From Thauera sp. (GTDB lineage: Bacteria; Pseudomonadota; Gammaproteobacteria; Burkholderiales; Rhodocyclaceae): DNA of 64,000 bases. Positions within the stretch are counted from its first letter, which is position 1. Each line of letters starts with the position of its first letter. The translations under genes were made by a program, and so were the position numbers. Below the pieces are notes generated by a model, which was given only the letters and a program-made list of their open reading frames with translations, searched no databases and had not been told where the DNA came from. Below are positions 38,271 to 49,365 of the stretch, one piece after another. The stretch spans positions 3,334,205 through 3,398,204 of the forward strand of contig JAUCCW010000002.1 of the NCBI GenBank assembly GCA_034675825.1, written 5' to 3'.

Positions 38271-38348
38271 GCCCCCGCCCCCGCCCCCGCCCCCGCCCCC
38301 GCCCCCGCCCCCGCCCCCGCCCCCGCCCCCGCCCCCGCCCCCGCCCCC
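38271..38348. repeat. perfect hexanucleotide tandem repeat (GCCCCC)13 / (GGGGGC)13
   Basis: 13 uninterrupted GCCCCC units counted from 38271. Confidence 0.93.
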
Positions 38349-38805
38349 GTGTGGCAGCCCGGACCAAAGCCTTAGCTGTGTTCGGAGAAAGTCGGATAGA
38401 TTCTGGGCAGCAGGACTTGCTGGATCAGCGGATCCGTCACCGTTGGAATCCCCAGGCCGAGGACGCCGCCTTCGGGCTTCGGTATCTGGACGCGGCGCAC
38501 TCGACACGAGCCGGTAGCTGCCATCCAATCAAGATTCCCGAATCCGGGGTAAGTGCGCTCTCAGGTCGTCCGCCGTCTCGGCGATCGACCGGCCATCCAC
38601 CCAATCACTACCGTGATTGGATTTGACGCGTTTCCACGCCGCTTCCATATTCGCTTTCGCGAGCACCCGCGCAAGCGGGCCGTCTCGCCCCAGGCTTCCT
38701 CCCCAAGGTCGGTCAACCTCGAACCGTTGCGCTTCACTTCGTTCACTGTGATCAGCTTACGGTGGGACTGACTTGCGCCCGCAGAAGTGCGCCCACACTG
38801 AGCAC
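38349..38805 (-). mobile_element. ltrA: decayed class C (IIC) group II intron: 5' RNA end plus RT0-RT2 pseudogene fragment
   Basis: Minus-strand translation gives ANMEAAWKRVKSN.G...VDG..I, then VRRVQIPKPEGG..LGIPTVTD.LIQQ and FSEHS*GF, with two stops and a frameshift; 5' segment GTGCTCAGTGTGGGCGCAC...GTCCCACCGTAAGCTGATCACAG...GAAGTGAAGCGCAAC resembles IIC domain I. Confidence 0.82.
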
Positions 38806-38806
38806 G

Positions 38807-38836
38807 AAGAGGAAAGGGCAATCTTCGGGATTGCCC
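38807..38836 (-). terminator. intrinsic terminator directly 5' of the IIC intron
   Basis: Minus strand GGGCAATC-CCGAA-GATTGCCC then TTTCCTCTT, then intron start. Confidence 0.7.
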
Positions 38837-39006
38837 AGCGGGTGAATCTTTCAAGTCAGGTTGTCAATGCCGATTTAAAACTGACACGCTTTCCCGGTGG
38901 TTGCCGACTTAAAACTGATACACCTCTACTTCATTGACATGTTCGACGGTGCGCCCCGAAGGGAGGGCCGAAGGCCCGAGCGCAGGGGCGCACCGTCGCG
39001 CGGCTC

Positions 39007-40871
<1,865 letters not shown>

Positions 40872-41060
40872 CCGGGCTCCAAATGGCCCGATCTTCTCAA
40901 CTCGGTGTATCAACTTTCAATCGGCAGCCTGTATCAACTTACATCCGGCAGTGACACAGGGCGGCGGGCACGGATGAGTGCAATCGGTGTGGACGGAGAG
41001 GCTGCACTGGGGAAGTAGCGAAAGCAGATTGCGGAATTGCCTAGCACTGCGGGAAATCGA

Positions 41061-41076
41061 TGGCGTATCCAATGCT
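41061..41076 (+). promoter_or_regulatory. possible sigma54 -24/-12 promoter upstream of the LLM operon
   Basis: TGGCGTATCCAATGCT has GG-N10-GC spacing, about 240 bp before the LLM start. Confidence 0.3.
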
Positions 41077-41303
41077 GTACTACGTCGTGAACAAGTCCCC
41101 CTCTCGTGATCGACGTAAGCCCTCCGGCGAGCGAACGGACTTTGCTCCCCCTGTGTTGGTGTTTGCACTGTAGGTCAATCGCCTAGCTCGGGCGTTCAAG
41201 ACACTGCTGGGGAGCGCAACTACGATGGCTCTGAGTTCGAAGGTTCGGGTATCCAATCCGGCCGAGTTCGAGCGTGGAAATCCATTCTGGAGAGCAAAGG
41301 CAA

Positions 41304-42401
41304 ATGACTAAGACCGTACAGCCCAAGATGGGCGTTATTTTCAAGTCCTACGAGCCACTGGCGGCGATTCGCGCCTACGCAGAGCAAACCGAAGCGTCCG
41401 GCATGACCGGCGGTTTCTGGATCGCAGAAGCCTATCACTGGTTCCGCCAGTACGGGCTGGAAGCCCGGGGCTGTTTCACCACGCTCGCTGTGGTCGCCCA
41501 GGCCACGAAACATATCCCGGTGGGGCTCGGTATCACCTCTCCCTACATGCGTCATCCGACCATTCAGGCTTCCGAGGCCGCAGCAATCGACGAATTGTCC
41601 AACGGCCGCTTCAGCATGGGTATCGGCGTCGGGAAGGTCGGCATCGAATACCTCGAATATGACATCGACAAGATGCGTCCGGTGGCGGTCCATCACGAGT
41701 CCATGGAGATCATGCGCAAGGTCTTCAGCGGCGAGAAGTATACCTACGAGGGCAAGCACTACAAATCGTCGATGCCCGCCTTTGATCGCGCCGGCAAGGG
41801 GCTCCGGACCAGTATCCCGTTGTATGTCGGCGCCACTGGCCCGTTCATGCAAAAGCTGGCCGGTAAGGAGAGCGACGGCATGCTGCTCGCCGGCCTGACC
41901 TCTCCGGAATTCGTCAAGTACGCCATCGACAACATGAAGGAGGGTGCTACCGCGGTCGGCCGTACGCTGCCGGACAACTTCCCTGTGGGTGGGGTCATCC
42001 TTTGCGCCTGCTCCCGCGACGGCGACAAGGCGCGCAATGCGACGCGCAGCTATACCGGCACTTACATCGTCAACAAGATCCGCAACATAAAGAACGACGT
42101 CATCCTTGCTGGCTCCGGTCTGCCCGACAGCGCTTGGGAACCATTCCGCAAGGCGATCGCCGAAGGCACCCAGGACAACGTCACGCACCTCGTTACCGAC
42201 GAGATGATGCGCCGTTTCACCGTTATTTCCGGTACGCCCGAGGACTGTCTGGCGATTACCCAGGAGTTGGTCGATGCGGGTCTTAACCTGCCGCTGCTCG
42301 AAGTTGTCGGCAAGACCGTGGAGGACAACCTCGAAACGATCCGCCTGATGGGCGAGGAAGTGCTGCCGAAGCTCAAGCCTGGCGCTGCAGTCACAGCCTG
42401 A
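41304..42401 (+). CDS. luciferase-like (LLM) oxidoreductase, Mer-like, probably deazaflavin-dependent
   Basis: FWIAEAY, GLGITSPYMRHP..A.EAAAIDELSNGRFSMGIGVG, IPLYVGATGP.M.KLAG..SDG. Confidence 0.85.
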   Translation: MTKTVQPKMGVIFKSYEPLAAIRAYAEQTEASGMTGGFWIAEAYHWFRQYGLEARGCFTTLAVVAQATKHIPVGLGITSPYMRHPTIQASEAAAIDELSNGRFSMGIGVGKVGIEYLEYDIDKMRPVAVHHESMEIMRKVFSGEKYTYEGKHYKSSMPAFDRAGKGLRTSIPLYVGATGPFMQKLAGKESDGMLLAGLTSPEFVKYAIDNMKEGATAVGRTLPDNFPVGGVILCACSRDGDKARNATRSYTGTYIVNKIRNIKNDVILAGSGLPDSAWEPFRKAIAEGTQDNVTHLVTDEMMRRFTVISGTPEDCLAITQELVDAGLNLPLLEVVGKTVEDNLETIRLMGEEVLPKLKPGAAVTA

Positions 42402-42458
42402 AGGCCGCTGCATGCATGGCGTACGAGTGCGCCATGCATCAAAAAAACGGAGAAGTAT

Positions 42459-43379
42459 ATGAAATTGGCAAGTTTCAGAGTCAAGTCGAGCGGCAAATCG
42501 ACGATCGGTGTGGCGCTCGATGACGGCAGCTACCTGGATCTCAACGGTGCGACAAACGGTGGTTTGCCGAGTGCGATGATTTCCTTCCTTGAGATGGGCG
42601 AGAGCGCGATGTCACAGGCGCGCACACTCGCGGCGAAGGCTGCTGCAGGACAGTCGAACGTCGTTTCTGAAGCGGACGTGGAGCTGCAGGCGCCCGTACC
42701 ACGCCCCGGCAAGATCATGCATACATCGTGCAACTTCCCCGGCCACCTCTCCGAGCTGACGACGTGGAAGGCACCGGAGTGGCAGGCGCACAATTGGGGT
42801 GATTTCCATTTTGAACACCCCACCGGCTTTCTCGAGGCACCGTCGAGCGTGGTGCCGACCAACGCATCGGTGGCGATCCCGCACTTCACCAAGCAGCTCG
42901 ACTACGAGATCGAAATCGGCATCATCATCGGCCGGACGGCGTTCCGCGTGTCTCCCGAGGAGGCGCTCGACTACGTCGCCGGCCTGACCATCTTCAACGA
43001 TCTTTCGGCACGCGACATCCAGGCGCGCGAGCACGCCAACAAAGTCATCTTGCTCGGCAAGAGCTTCGACGGCTCCTGTCCGCTCGGCCCGTATCTGGTG
43101 ACGCTGGACGAGGTCGGCGACGTGAATGATCTGGGCATGCAGCTCACGCTCAACGGCGAAGCACGCCAGACCTCGAACTCCGGCCACGTCCACTACAAGA
43201 TCGCCGAAATGGTGTCTTGGTGGTCGAACACCACGCTCGAGCCGGGAGACGTGATTACCTCCGGCAGCCCGCCGGGCGTCATCGCCGGTAGCAAAAGCCC
43301 GGTGTACCTCAAGAACGGCGACCGCATCGACTGCAAGGTCGACAAGCTCGGCACGCTCACCACCTTCATCGTCGACTGA
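42459..43379 (+). CDS. fumarylacetoacetate hydrolase family protein
   Basis: LDYEIEIG, FNDLSARDIQ, GKSFDGSCPLGP, LEPGDVITSGSP. Confidence 0.93.
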   Translation: MKLASFRVKSSGKSTIGVALDDGSYLDLNGATNGGLPSAMISFLEMGESAMSQARTLAAKAAAGQSNVVSEADVELQAPVPRPGKIMHTSCNFPGHLSELTTWKAPEWQAHNWGDFHFEHPTGFLEAPSSVVPTNASVAIPHFTKQLDYEIEIGIIIGRTAFRVSPEEALDYVAGLTIFNDLSARDIQAREHANKVILLGKSFDGSCPLGPYLVTLDEVGDVNDLGMQLTLNGEARQTSNSGHVHYKIAEMVSWWSNTTLEPGDVITSGSPPGVIAGSKSPVYLKNGDRIDCKVDKLGTLTTFIVD

Positions 43380-43394
43380 CCAGGCGAGGCAAAC

Positions 43395-44657
43395 ATGGCA
43401 AACAAAGAACTCGTCAGGAAGGCGACCGACCTGATCGACCGCGACCGGCTGGTCAACCTGACCATCGATTTGACCGACATCCCGAGCCCGACAGGCTTCG
43501 AAGGTGACGTCGCTCGCGCCTACCATGAGGTGCTGCGCGGCTCCGGCTTTGACGCCACATTGCAGCCGATTGGGGACGAACGCTACAACGCGATCGGCCG
43601 GCTGCAGGGTGAGGGCGGCGGCAAGTCGTTGATGTTCAACGGCCACCTCGACACTTCGTTCGGGCCGGAGCAGGCGCACCGCGGCATCGGCTACCAGTGC
43701 AAGGGCACGCTCGTCGACGACGAGTGGATCTACGGCATGGGCTCCTTCAACATGAAGTTCGCACTGGCCAATTACGTCACCGCGGTCGAGGCGATCCGCA
43801 AGGCGGGCATCAAACTCGGCGGTGACGTGGTCATCGCCGCCGTCGCCGGAGAGATTGAGAAAGCGCCGGTGAACGAATACGAAGGCCGTCAGTACCAGGG
43901 TTATGGCGTCGGCACCAAGTACGCCATCACGCACGGTGCGGTCGCCGACTACTGCATCCTTGGCGAACCGACCAACATGATGCTGATCCCGCGCCACTGC
44001 GGAACGAGCTGGATCAAGATCACCGTCCCCGGCCACCTGATCCACACCGCGTGGTCGGAAGTCGAGCGCAACGCCATCAACAAGGCGCGCGCGATTCTAG
44101 ACGCCATCCACGAGTGGATTCCAGACTACGTGCAGCGCAATGCCTTGGGCGACTTTCGCCCGCGCGTGAACGTCTCCGCGATCGAGGGGGGATGGGCCTG
44201 GCGCGGCGCACGCACGCCAGACAACTGTGTGATCTACCTTGACGTGCGCACCCTGCCAGACACGCTGCCGGTGCAGGCGTTTAACGAGGTGCGCGAGATG
44301 GTCAGGGCCGTGGTTCGGGCAAATCCGCAACTCGAAGGCACCAAGACAGAGATTTTCCTGTCGGCCCCTGGCACTTCGATTCCGGACGATCACGAGCTCG
44401 TCCAGAACATCATTTCCGCCCACTCCAACCAACTCGGGAAGGCGCCGCAGATGGGGGTGGAGACTTGGTACAGCGACGCGGCGCACATGAACCGCTACGG
44501 CATCCCGACGGTGAACTACGGTTCGGCGGGCCGCATCCGCACTGGCGGTGGTGGTTTCTCAACCACGCAGGGCGAGCATGTACATATCGGCGACATGATG
44601 GACATCGTCAAAGTCTACATCGAAGTGATGATGAACCTTTGCGGCGTCGTCGAATAA
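43395..44657 (+). CDS. M20 (ArgE/DapE-like) metallohydrolase with atypical metal ligands
   Basis: FNGHLDT, YGMGSFNMK, AGEIE, GEPT, SDAAH, PTVNYG. Confidence 0.85.
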   Translation: MANKELVRKATDLIDRDRLVNLTIDLTDIPSPTGFEGDVARAYHEVLRGSGFDATLQPIGDERYNAIGRLQGEGGGKSLMFNGHLDTSFGPEQAHRGIGYQCKGTLVDDEWIYGMGSFNMKFALANYVTAVEAIRKAGIKLGGDVVIAAVAGEIEKAPVNEYEGRQYQGYGVGTKYAITHGAVADYCILGEPTNMMLIPRHCGTSWIKITVPGHLIHTAWSEVERNAINKARAILDAIHEWIPDYVQRNALGDFRPRVNVSAIEGGWAWRGARTPDNCVIYLDVRTLPDTLPVQAFNEVREMVRAVVRANPQLEGTKTEIFLSAPGTSIPDDHELVQNIISAHSNQLGKAPQMGVETWYSDAAHMNRYGIPTVNYGSAGRIRTGGGGFSTTQGEHVHIGDMMDIVKVYIEVMMNLCGVVE

Positions 44658-44735
44658 TCCGACGTGGACAGACCCGGCATCGGGACGGCTCTGCGGAGCT
44701 GAACGTTTCCAGGGAAATATGGAGGTTCAAATCCC

Positions 44736-47114
44736 ATGGGCATCAAGACAGACAGACTTCTGGAATTGGCGCGCCCCGATGCTGACGTCGCTCTGGCCCT
44801 GGCCGACTGCCAGACCCTCGAAGAGGTTCAGGTGCTGGCGGCATCGATCAGGGACCACGGGCACGGGGCCGTGGTCACCTATTCGCCAAAGGTTTTCATC
44901 CCGCTTACACAGCTGTGCCGCAATGTCTGCCACTACTGCACTTTTGCCAAGGTGCCGAACCAAGACAAGGCGCCGTATCTGTCGCCCGACCAAGTGCTCG
45001 ACATCGCGCGTGCCGGTGCGCGCGCCGGATGCCACGAGGCACTCTTCACCCTGGGCGACAAGCCGGAGTTGCGCTATGCCCAGGCGCGCAAGGCGCTCGC
45101 CGCGCTGGGGCATGACTCCACGCTGTCCTACCTTGCCGACATGGCGCGGCGGGTTCAGCAGGAAACAGGTTTGTTGCCGCATCTGAATGCAGGGGTGATG
45201 ACGGCGCAGGAACTGCAGGCGCTGCGTACGGTTTCGGTTTCACAGGGCCTGATGCTGGAGAGCATTTCTCAGGAACTGTGCGAACGCGGGGGGCCTCACC
45301 ATGGTTCTCCCGACAAGCAGCCGGCACTCCGGCTGGAAATGATCGCCGCCGCTGGCCAGCTCAGGATTCCCTTTACCTCCGGGATTCTCATCGGTATCGG
45401 CGAAACCAGGCGACAGCGCATCGAGGCGCTCCTGGCGCTACGGGGCCTGGACGACGAATACGGCCATGTGCAGGAAATCATTATCCAGAATTTTCGCCGG
45501 AAACCCGGTACCAAGATGGCGGATGCGCCGGAGCCATCGATCGAGGATCTGTGCTGGACGATTGCGGTCGCGCGGATCATCTTCGGCGCGGGGGCGAACA
45601 TTCAGGCACCGCCCAATCTCTCGCCACAGTCGATCATTGCCCTGATCCGCTCGGGGATCAACGATCTGGGCGGTGTGTCGCCGGTGACGCCCGATCACGT
45701 TAACCCGGAAGCGCCTTGGCCGCACCTGCGCCTCATGGAGCGGGAAGTGGGTATGGCGGGCAAGGTCCTGGTGCCGCGCCTGCCGCTCTATCCGGTATGG
45801 GTACAGCAACTTGAACAGTGGGTGGATGCCGGGCTTCAGCAAGCAGTGCGCTCACGTGTTGACGCCAGCGGCTTTCCGCGTACCGATGGCTGGTCTCCCG
45901 GCGAGGGTACGCTGCCGCCGAAGATGCCGGATTATCCGCCGGGCGATCGGCTCTTCCGTTTCCTGGGTAACGAAATCTATCGTTCCGCCGAGAGGGCGGC
46001 CTGCGGTATCCGCCTCTCCGAACGGGAGGTGGCGCGCCTGTTCGATGTTCGCGGGGGTGAGTTCCAACTGCTCTGTGCCGCGGCCGACGAGTTGCGGGTC
46101 CACGTAAATGGCGACGCGGTCACCTACACCGCCAACTGCAACATCAACTATACGAACATCTGCACCTACAAATGCCAGTTCTGTGCCTTTTCGAAAGGGA
46201 AGGTTGGCGACGGACTGCGAGGCAGAGCCTATGATCTGCCGCTTGCCGAAATCCAGCAAAGGGCCTCGGATGCGTGGGATCGCGGTGCGAACGAAGTCTG
46301 TCTGCAGGGGGGCATCCACCCTTCCTATACCGGCCGGACCTATCTGGACATCTGTCGGGCGATTAAGATCGCGCGGCCGGCGCTGCACATCCATGCCTTC
46401 TCCCCGCTCGAAGTCTGGCAGGGCGCGGCGACGCTCGGCGTGCCGCTGCGCGAGTATCTTGCGGAGCTGAAAGCGGCAGGGCTTGGGTCGCTGCCGGGCA
46501 CGGCGGCGGAGATTCTCGACGACCGGGTACGCAAGATCCTTTGCCCCGACAAGCTCACCGTTAAGCAATGGGAAGAGGTGATGCGCACCGCCCACAGCAT
46601 CGGCCTCAAGAGCACGGCGACCATCATGTACGGGCACATCGAGCAGCCCGAGCACTGGGCCCGGCATCTGCTCTTCCTGCGTGATCTGCAGGAAGAAAGT
46701 GGTGGATTCACGGAATTCGTGCCCCTGCCGTTTGTGCACATGCAAGCGCCGATCTTCCGGCGTGGCCGAGCACGGCCGGGGCCGACCTTCCGCGAGGCGG
46801 TGCTGATGCACGCGGTGGCGCGTCTCGTGCTCCACCCGCTGATCGGAAACATCCAGACTTCGTGGACGAAGATGGGGCGCGAAGGGGCCGGCGTCTGTCT
46901 GCAGGCCGGCGCCAATGACTTGGGAGGCACCCTGATGAATGAAAGCATCAGTCGTGCGGCCGGTGCCGAGCATGGCCAGGAGATGACGCCCAAGGATTTG
47001 GAAGCTGTGATCCTGTCGGCTGGCCGCCTGCCTGTCCAGCGCAACACCCTCTACGAACCCGTCACGCCCCGCGATTACGTATCGGCGGCGGCATGTCCTG
47101 TGGCAGTCGCGTGA
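44736..47114 (+). CDS. fbiC: bifunctional FO synthase (CofG-CofH fusion)
   Basis: Two radical SAM domains: VFIPLTQLCRNVCHYCTF...PFTSGILIGIGET...NDLGGVSPVTPDHVNPE and NINYTNIC..C.FCAF...GSLPGTAAEIL...GANDLGGTLMNESISRAAG. Confidence 0.95.
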   Translation: MGIKTDRLLELARPDADVALALADCQTLEEVQVLAASIRDHGHGAVVTYSPKVFIPLTQLCRNVCHYCTFAKVPNQDKAPYLSPDQVLDIARAGARAGCHEALFTLGDKPELRYAQARKALAALGHDSTLSYLADMARRVQQETGLLPHLNAGVMTAQELQALRTVSVSQGLMLESISQELCERGGPHHGSPDKQPALRLEMIAAAGQLRIPFTSGILIGIGETRRQRIEALLALRGLDDEYGHVQEIIIQNFRRKPGTKMADAPEPSIEDLCWTIAVARIIFGAGANIQAPPNLSPQSIIALIRSGINDLGGVSPVTPDHVNPEAPWPHLRLMEREVGMAGKVLVPRLPLYPVWVQQLEQWVDAGLQQAVRSRVDASGFPRTDGWSPGEGTLPPKMPDYPPGDRLFRFLGNEIYRSAERAACGIRLSEREVARLFDVRGGEFQLLCAAADELRVHVNGDAVTYTANCNINYTNICTYKCQFCAFSKGKVGDGLRGRAYDLPLAEIQQRASDAWDRGANEVCLQGGIHPSYTGRTYLDICRAIKIARPALHIHAFSPLEVWQGAATLGVPLREYLAELKAAGLGSLPGTAAEILDDRVRKILCPDKLTVKQWEEVMRTAHSIGLKSTATIMYGHIEQPEHWARHLLFLRDLQEESGGFTEFVPLPFVHMQAPIFRRGRARPGPTFREAVLMHAVARLVLHPLIGNIQTSWTKMGREGAGVCLQAGANDLGGTLMNESISRAAGAEHGQEMTPKDLEAVILSAGRLPVQRNTLYEPVTPRDYVSAAACPVAVA

Positions 47115-47151
47115 TGTCTGAGTCCATGTTCTCAACTGTCGTCAAAGCCAA

Positions 47152-47991
47152 ATGATCAATGAAAGAAACCCAAGTGTGAGCGGCCAGTCCCTGGTCGAAA
47201 TCCTGTCGAAAGCCAGTATCTACGATCTTGGCCAGGCTTATTGGCCGAGTATGCCGGTGCACCCTTTCGATCCGCCGTTCCAGTTCTTCCTTTACCGTTA
47301 CCACGAATACGTGCGCAAGTCGTTTGACGAGATGGGCATCCAGCCTGGGTTCTCCGACGCCATCAGCCTGATCGTGACGTCCATGCATTCCGGCACGCAT
47401 TTCGACCTGCCGATCCACATGTCCGAAAACCTGCAGGTGATGGGTATCGATGTTACCCCTTACCAGCGCGACACCGGCTTCAAGGATCTTCCCGAGCCAC
47501 TGCACAGCATGGAAAAGGTTCCCCCGCTGCTGCTGCGTGCCGTGCTGCTCGATATTCCCGCCTACAAGGGGCTGGATACCCTGCCCGAATGCTACGCCAT
47601 CACGCCGGAGGATCTGGAAGGCGCGGCGGCGACGCAGGGCGTGACGATCAACGAAGGGGACTGCATCCTGATCCGGACCGGCTACGCGCGTTATTTCGAG
47701 ACCGACCGCGAAGCCTATCTCTACAAGTGGGCCGGCCTCGGCGACGAGGCTGCGTACTGGGTTGCCGCCCGCAAGCCCAGGCTCGTCGGCATCGACAATC
47801 TGTCGCTGGGCGTCCCGACGCCCTTCACCAGTCACCGCGTCATTCTCGTCGAAGCCGGCATCTATCTGATGAAGAGCCTGACCCTGGAGGCGCTCGCGGC
47901 GAGCGGGAACTACGTCAGCACGGTGGTGGTGCTTCCGCTGAAAATAAAGGGCGGCGAGGCCTCGCTGGTCCGCCCCATCGCAATCGCATGA
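47152..47991 (+). CDS. cyclase family (kynurenine formamidase/isatin hydrolase-like) metal hydrolase
   Basis: HSGTHFDLPIH (HxGTHxDxPxH), ILIRTG, VGIDN, PLKIKGGEAS.VRP. Confidence 0.9.
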   Translation: MINERNPSVSGQSLVEILSKASIYDLGQAYWPSMPVHPFDPPFQFFLYRYHEYVRKSFDEMGIQPGFSDAISLIVTSMHSGTHFDLPIHMSENLQVMGIDVTPYQRDTGFKDLPEPLHSMEKVPPLLLRAVLLDIPAYKGLDTLPECYAITPEDLEGAAATQGVTINEGDCILIRTGYARYFETDREAYLYKWAGLGDEAAYWVAARKPRLVGIDNLSLGVPTPFTSHRVILVEAGIYLMKSLTLEALAASGNYVSTVVVLPLKIKGGEASLVRPIAIA

Positions 47992-48005
47992 AGAGAGGTA
48001 ACGAC

Positions 48006-49220
48006 ATGATTCACAGCAGCCCTATTGCCCCCGATCTGATCTGGACCGGTGAAATTAACCAGCGACCGGAAGTCCAGGATGGATTCGACCGTGAGAGAAC
48101 CGTGCGCTTCTACGATACGACGCTGCGCGACGGAGAGCAGGCGGTCGGGGTGGTCTTTTCCGCCGACGCGAAGTACGAAATCGCTCGTCGCCTTTCCGAA
48201 CTGGGCGTGGGGCGCATCGAGTCGGGTTTTCCACGCGTTTCCGACGAAGACACCGAGGCCGTTCGACGCATCCTCGCGGCCGACCTGAAGTCGGAAGTCT
48301 GGGGATTCGCGCGGGCGGTGAAGGCAGACATCGACGCCCACATCGAACTGGGAACCACCGCGGTGCTGATCGAGATATCCACCAGCGAGCTGAAGATGAA
48401 AGCCTACGGCTTCACCCGCGAGTCGGTGATCGAGCGGCTCACCGATGCGATCAGGCACGCCCGCGCCCATGGCATGCGGGTGAATTTCTTCCCGGTTGAC
48501 AGCACGCGCTCCGAGCTGGATTTCCTTGAACAGGTCTACAAGGCGGCACTCGCGGCCGGCGCGGAAGAGGTCTCGGTCGTCGATACGATCGGCGCCTGCG
48601 CGCCGGAAGCCGTTGAGTTCCTGATCGGCAAGGTGGCCGCCTGGGTAGGGCCGGACGTGCCCATCCACTGGCATGGCCACAACGACTTCGGCCTCGCCAC
48701 CGCGGCGGCGATCGCCGCAGTGCGTGGCGGTGCAACCTGGATTCAGGGAACCATCAACGGCATGGGCGAGCGCGCCGGTAATGCTGATATATGCGAAGTT
48801 GCGCTGGCGCTCCAATGCCTTTACGGTGTGCCGGTGGAAATGGATCTGACCAAGGCGCGCGAGGTCTCTGCGCTGGTATGCAGGGAAGGCGGCTACCAGG
48901 TCGATCGCTGGAAGCCGGTGGTTGGCGAGGCGCTGTTCGTGCGTGAAAGCGGCGCGGTGGCGGCACAGTTTCACATGCCCGACGCTATCGAACCCTATTC
49001 GGCTACGATCGTCGCGGCGCAGCGCGGCATCGTCCTCGGCAAGAAAAGCGGGCTGGCGAACATCGAGATCAAGCTCCGCGAACTGGATCTGCCGCTACCG
49101 GTGGAAATGTTTCCGGTTCTGCTGGCGGCGGTCAAGGAGCGGTCCACCCGTTCGCACAGCCTGGTGAGCGACCAGGAGTTCAAGGAAATGGCCTTCAGCC
49201 TCCGTGATTCCCTTAAATGA
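48006..49220 (+). CDS. DRE-TIM acyltransferase of the homocitrate/citramalate/isopropylmalate synthase family, no LeuA regulatory domain
   Basis: DTTLRDGEQ, IESGFP, VVDTIG, HWHGHNDFGLA, GMGERAGN, LGKKSG. Confidence 0.88.
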   Translation: MIHSSPIAPDLIWTGEINQRPEVQDGFDRERTVRFYDTTLRDGEQAVGVVFSADAKYEIARRLSELGVGRIESGFPRVSDEDTEAVRRILAADLKSEVWGFARAVKADIDAHIELGTTAVLIEISTSELKMKAYGFTRESVIERLTDAIRHARAHGMRVNFFPVDSTRSELDFLEQVYKAALAAGAEEVSVVDTIGACAPEAVEFLIGKVAAWVGPDVPIHWHGHNDFGLATAAAIAAVRGGATWIQGTINGMGERAGNADICEVALALQCLYGVPVEMDLTKAREVSALVCREGGYQVDRWKPVVGEALFVRESGAVAAQFHMPDAIEPYSATIVAAQRGIVLGKKSGLANIEIKLRELDLPLPVEMFPVLLAAVKERSTRSHSLVSDQEFKEMAFSLRDSLK

Positions 49221-49365
49221 TTTCCGCCACGGGGGTAACATCTGTCGTGATATGAATGACTGGTAGAGGCGAAAAAGAGACCAGATCGATCTGGCGCGCT
49301 TCGACAACAGTCTTGTGAAATCCGGTGTAGGTGGTAGCCGGATTGGTGCTGGAGGAGGAGTGGAC

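Noticed and set aside
38271-38348. CRISPR array or real Pro/Ala- or Gly-rich protein from the repeat
   Set aside because: There are no spacers or cas genes. The overlapping ORFs (38052-38375, 38084-38626, 38247-38528) are reading-frame by-products of the hexamer and the intron fragment.
48006-49220. nifV / nitrogen fixation gene
   Set aside because: No nif genes are in the window; family motifs alone do not give specificity.
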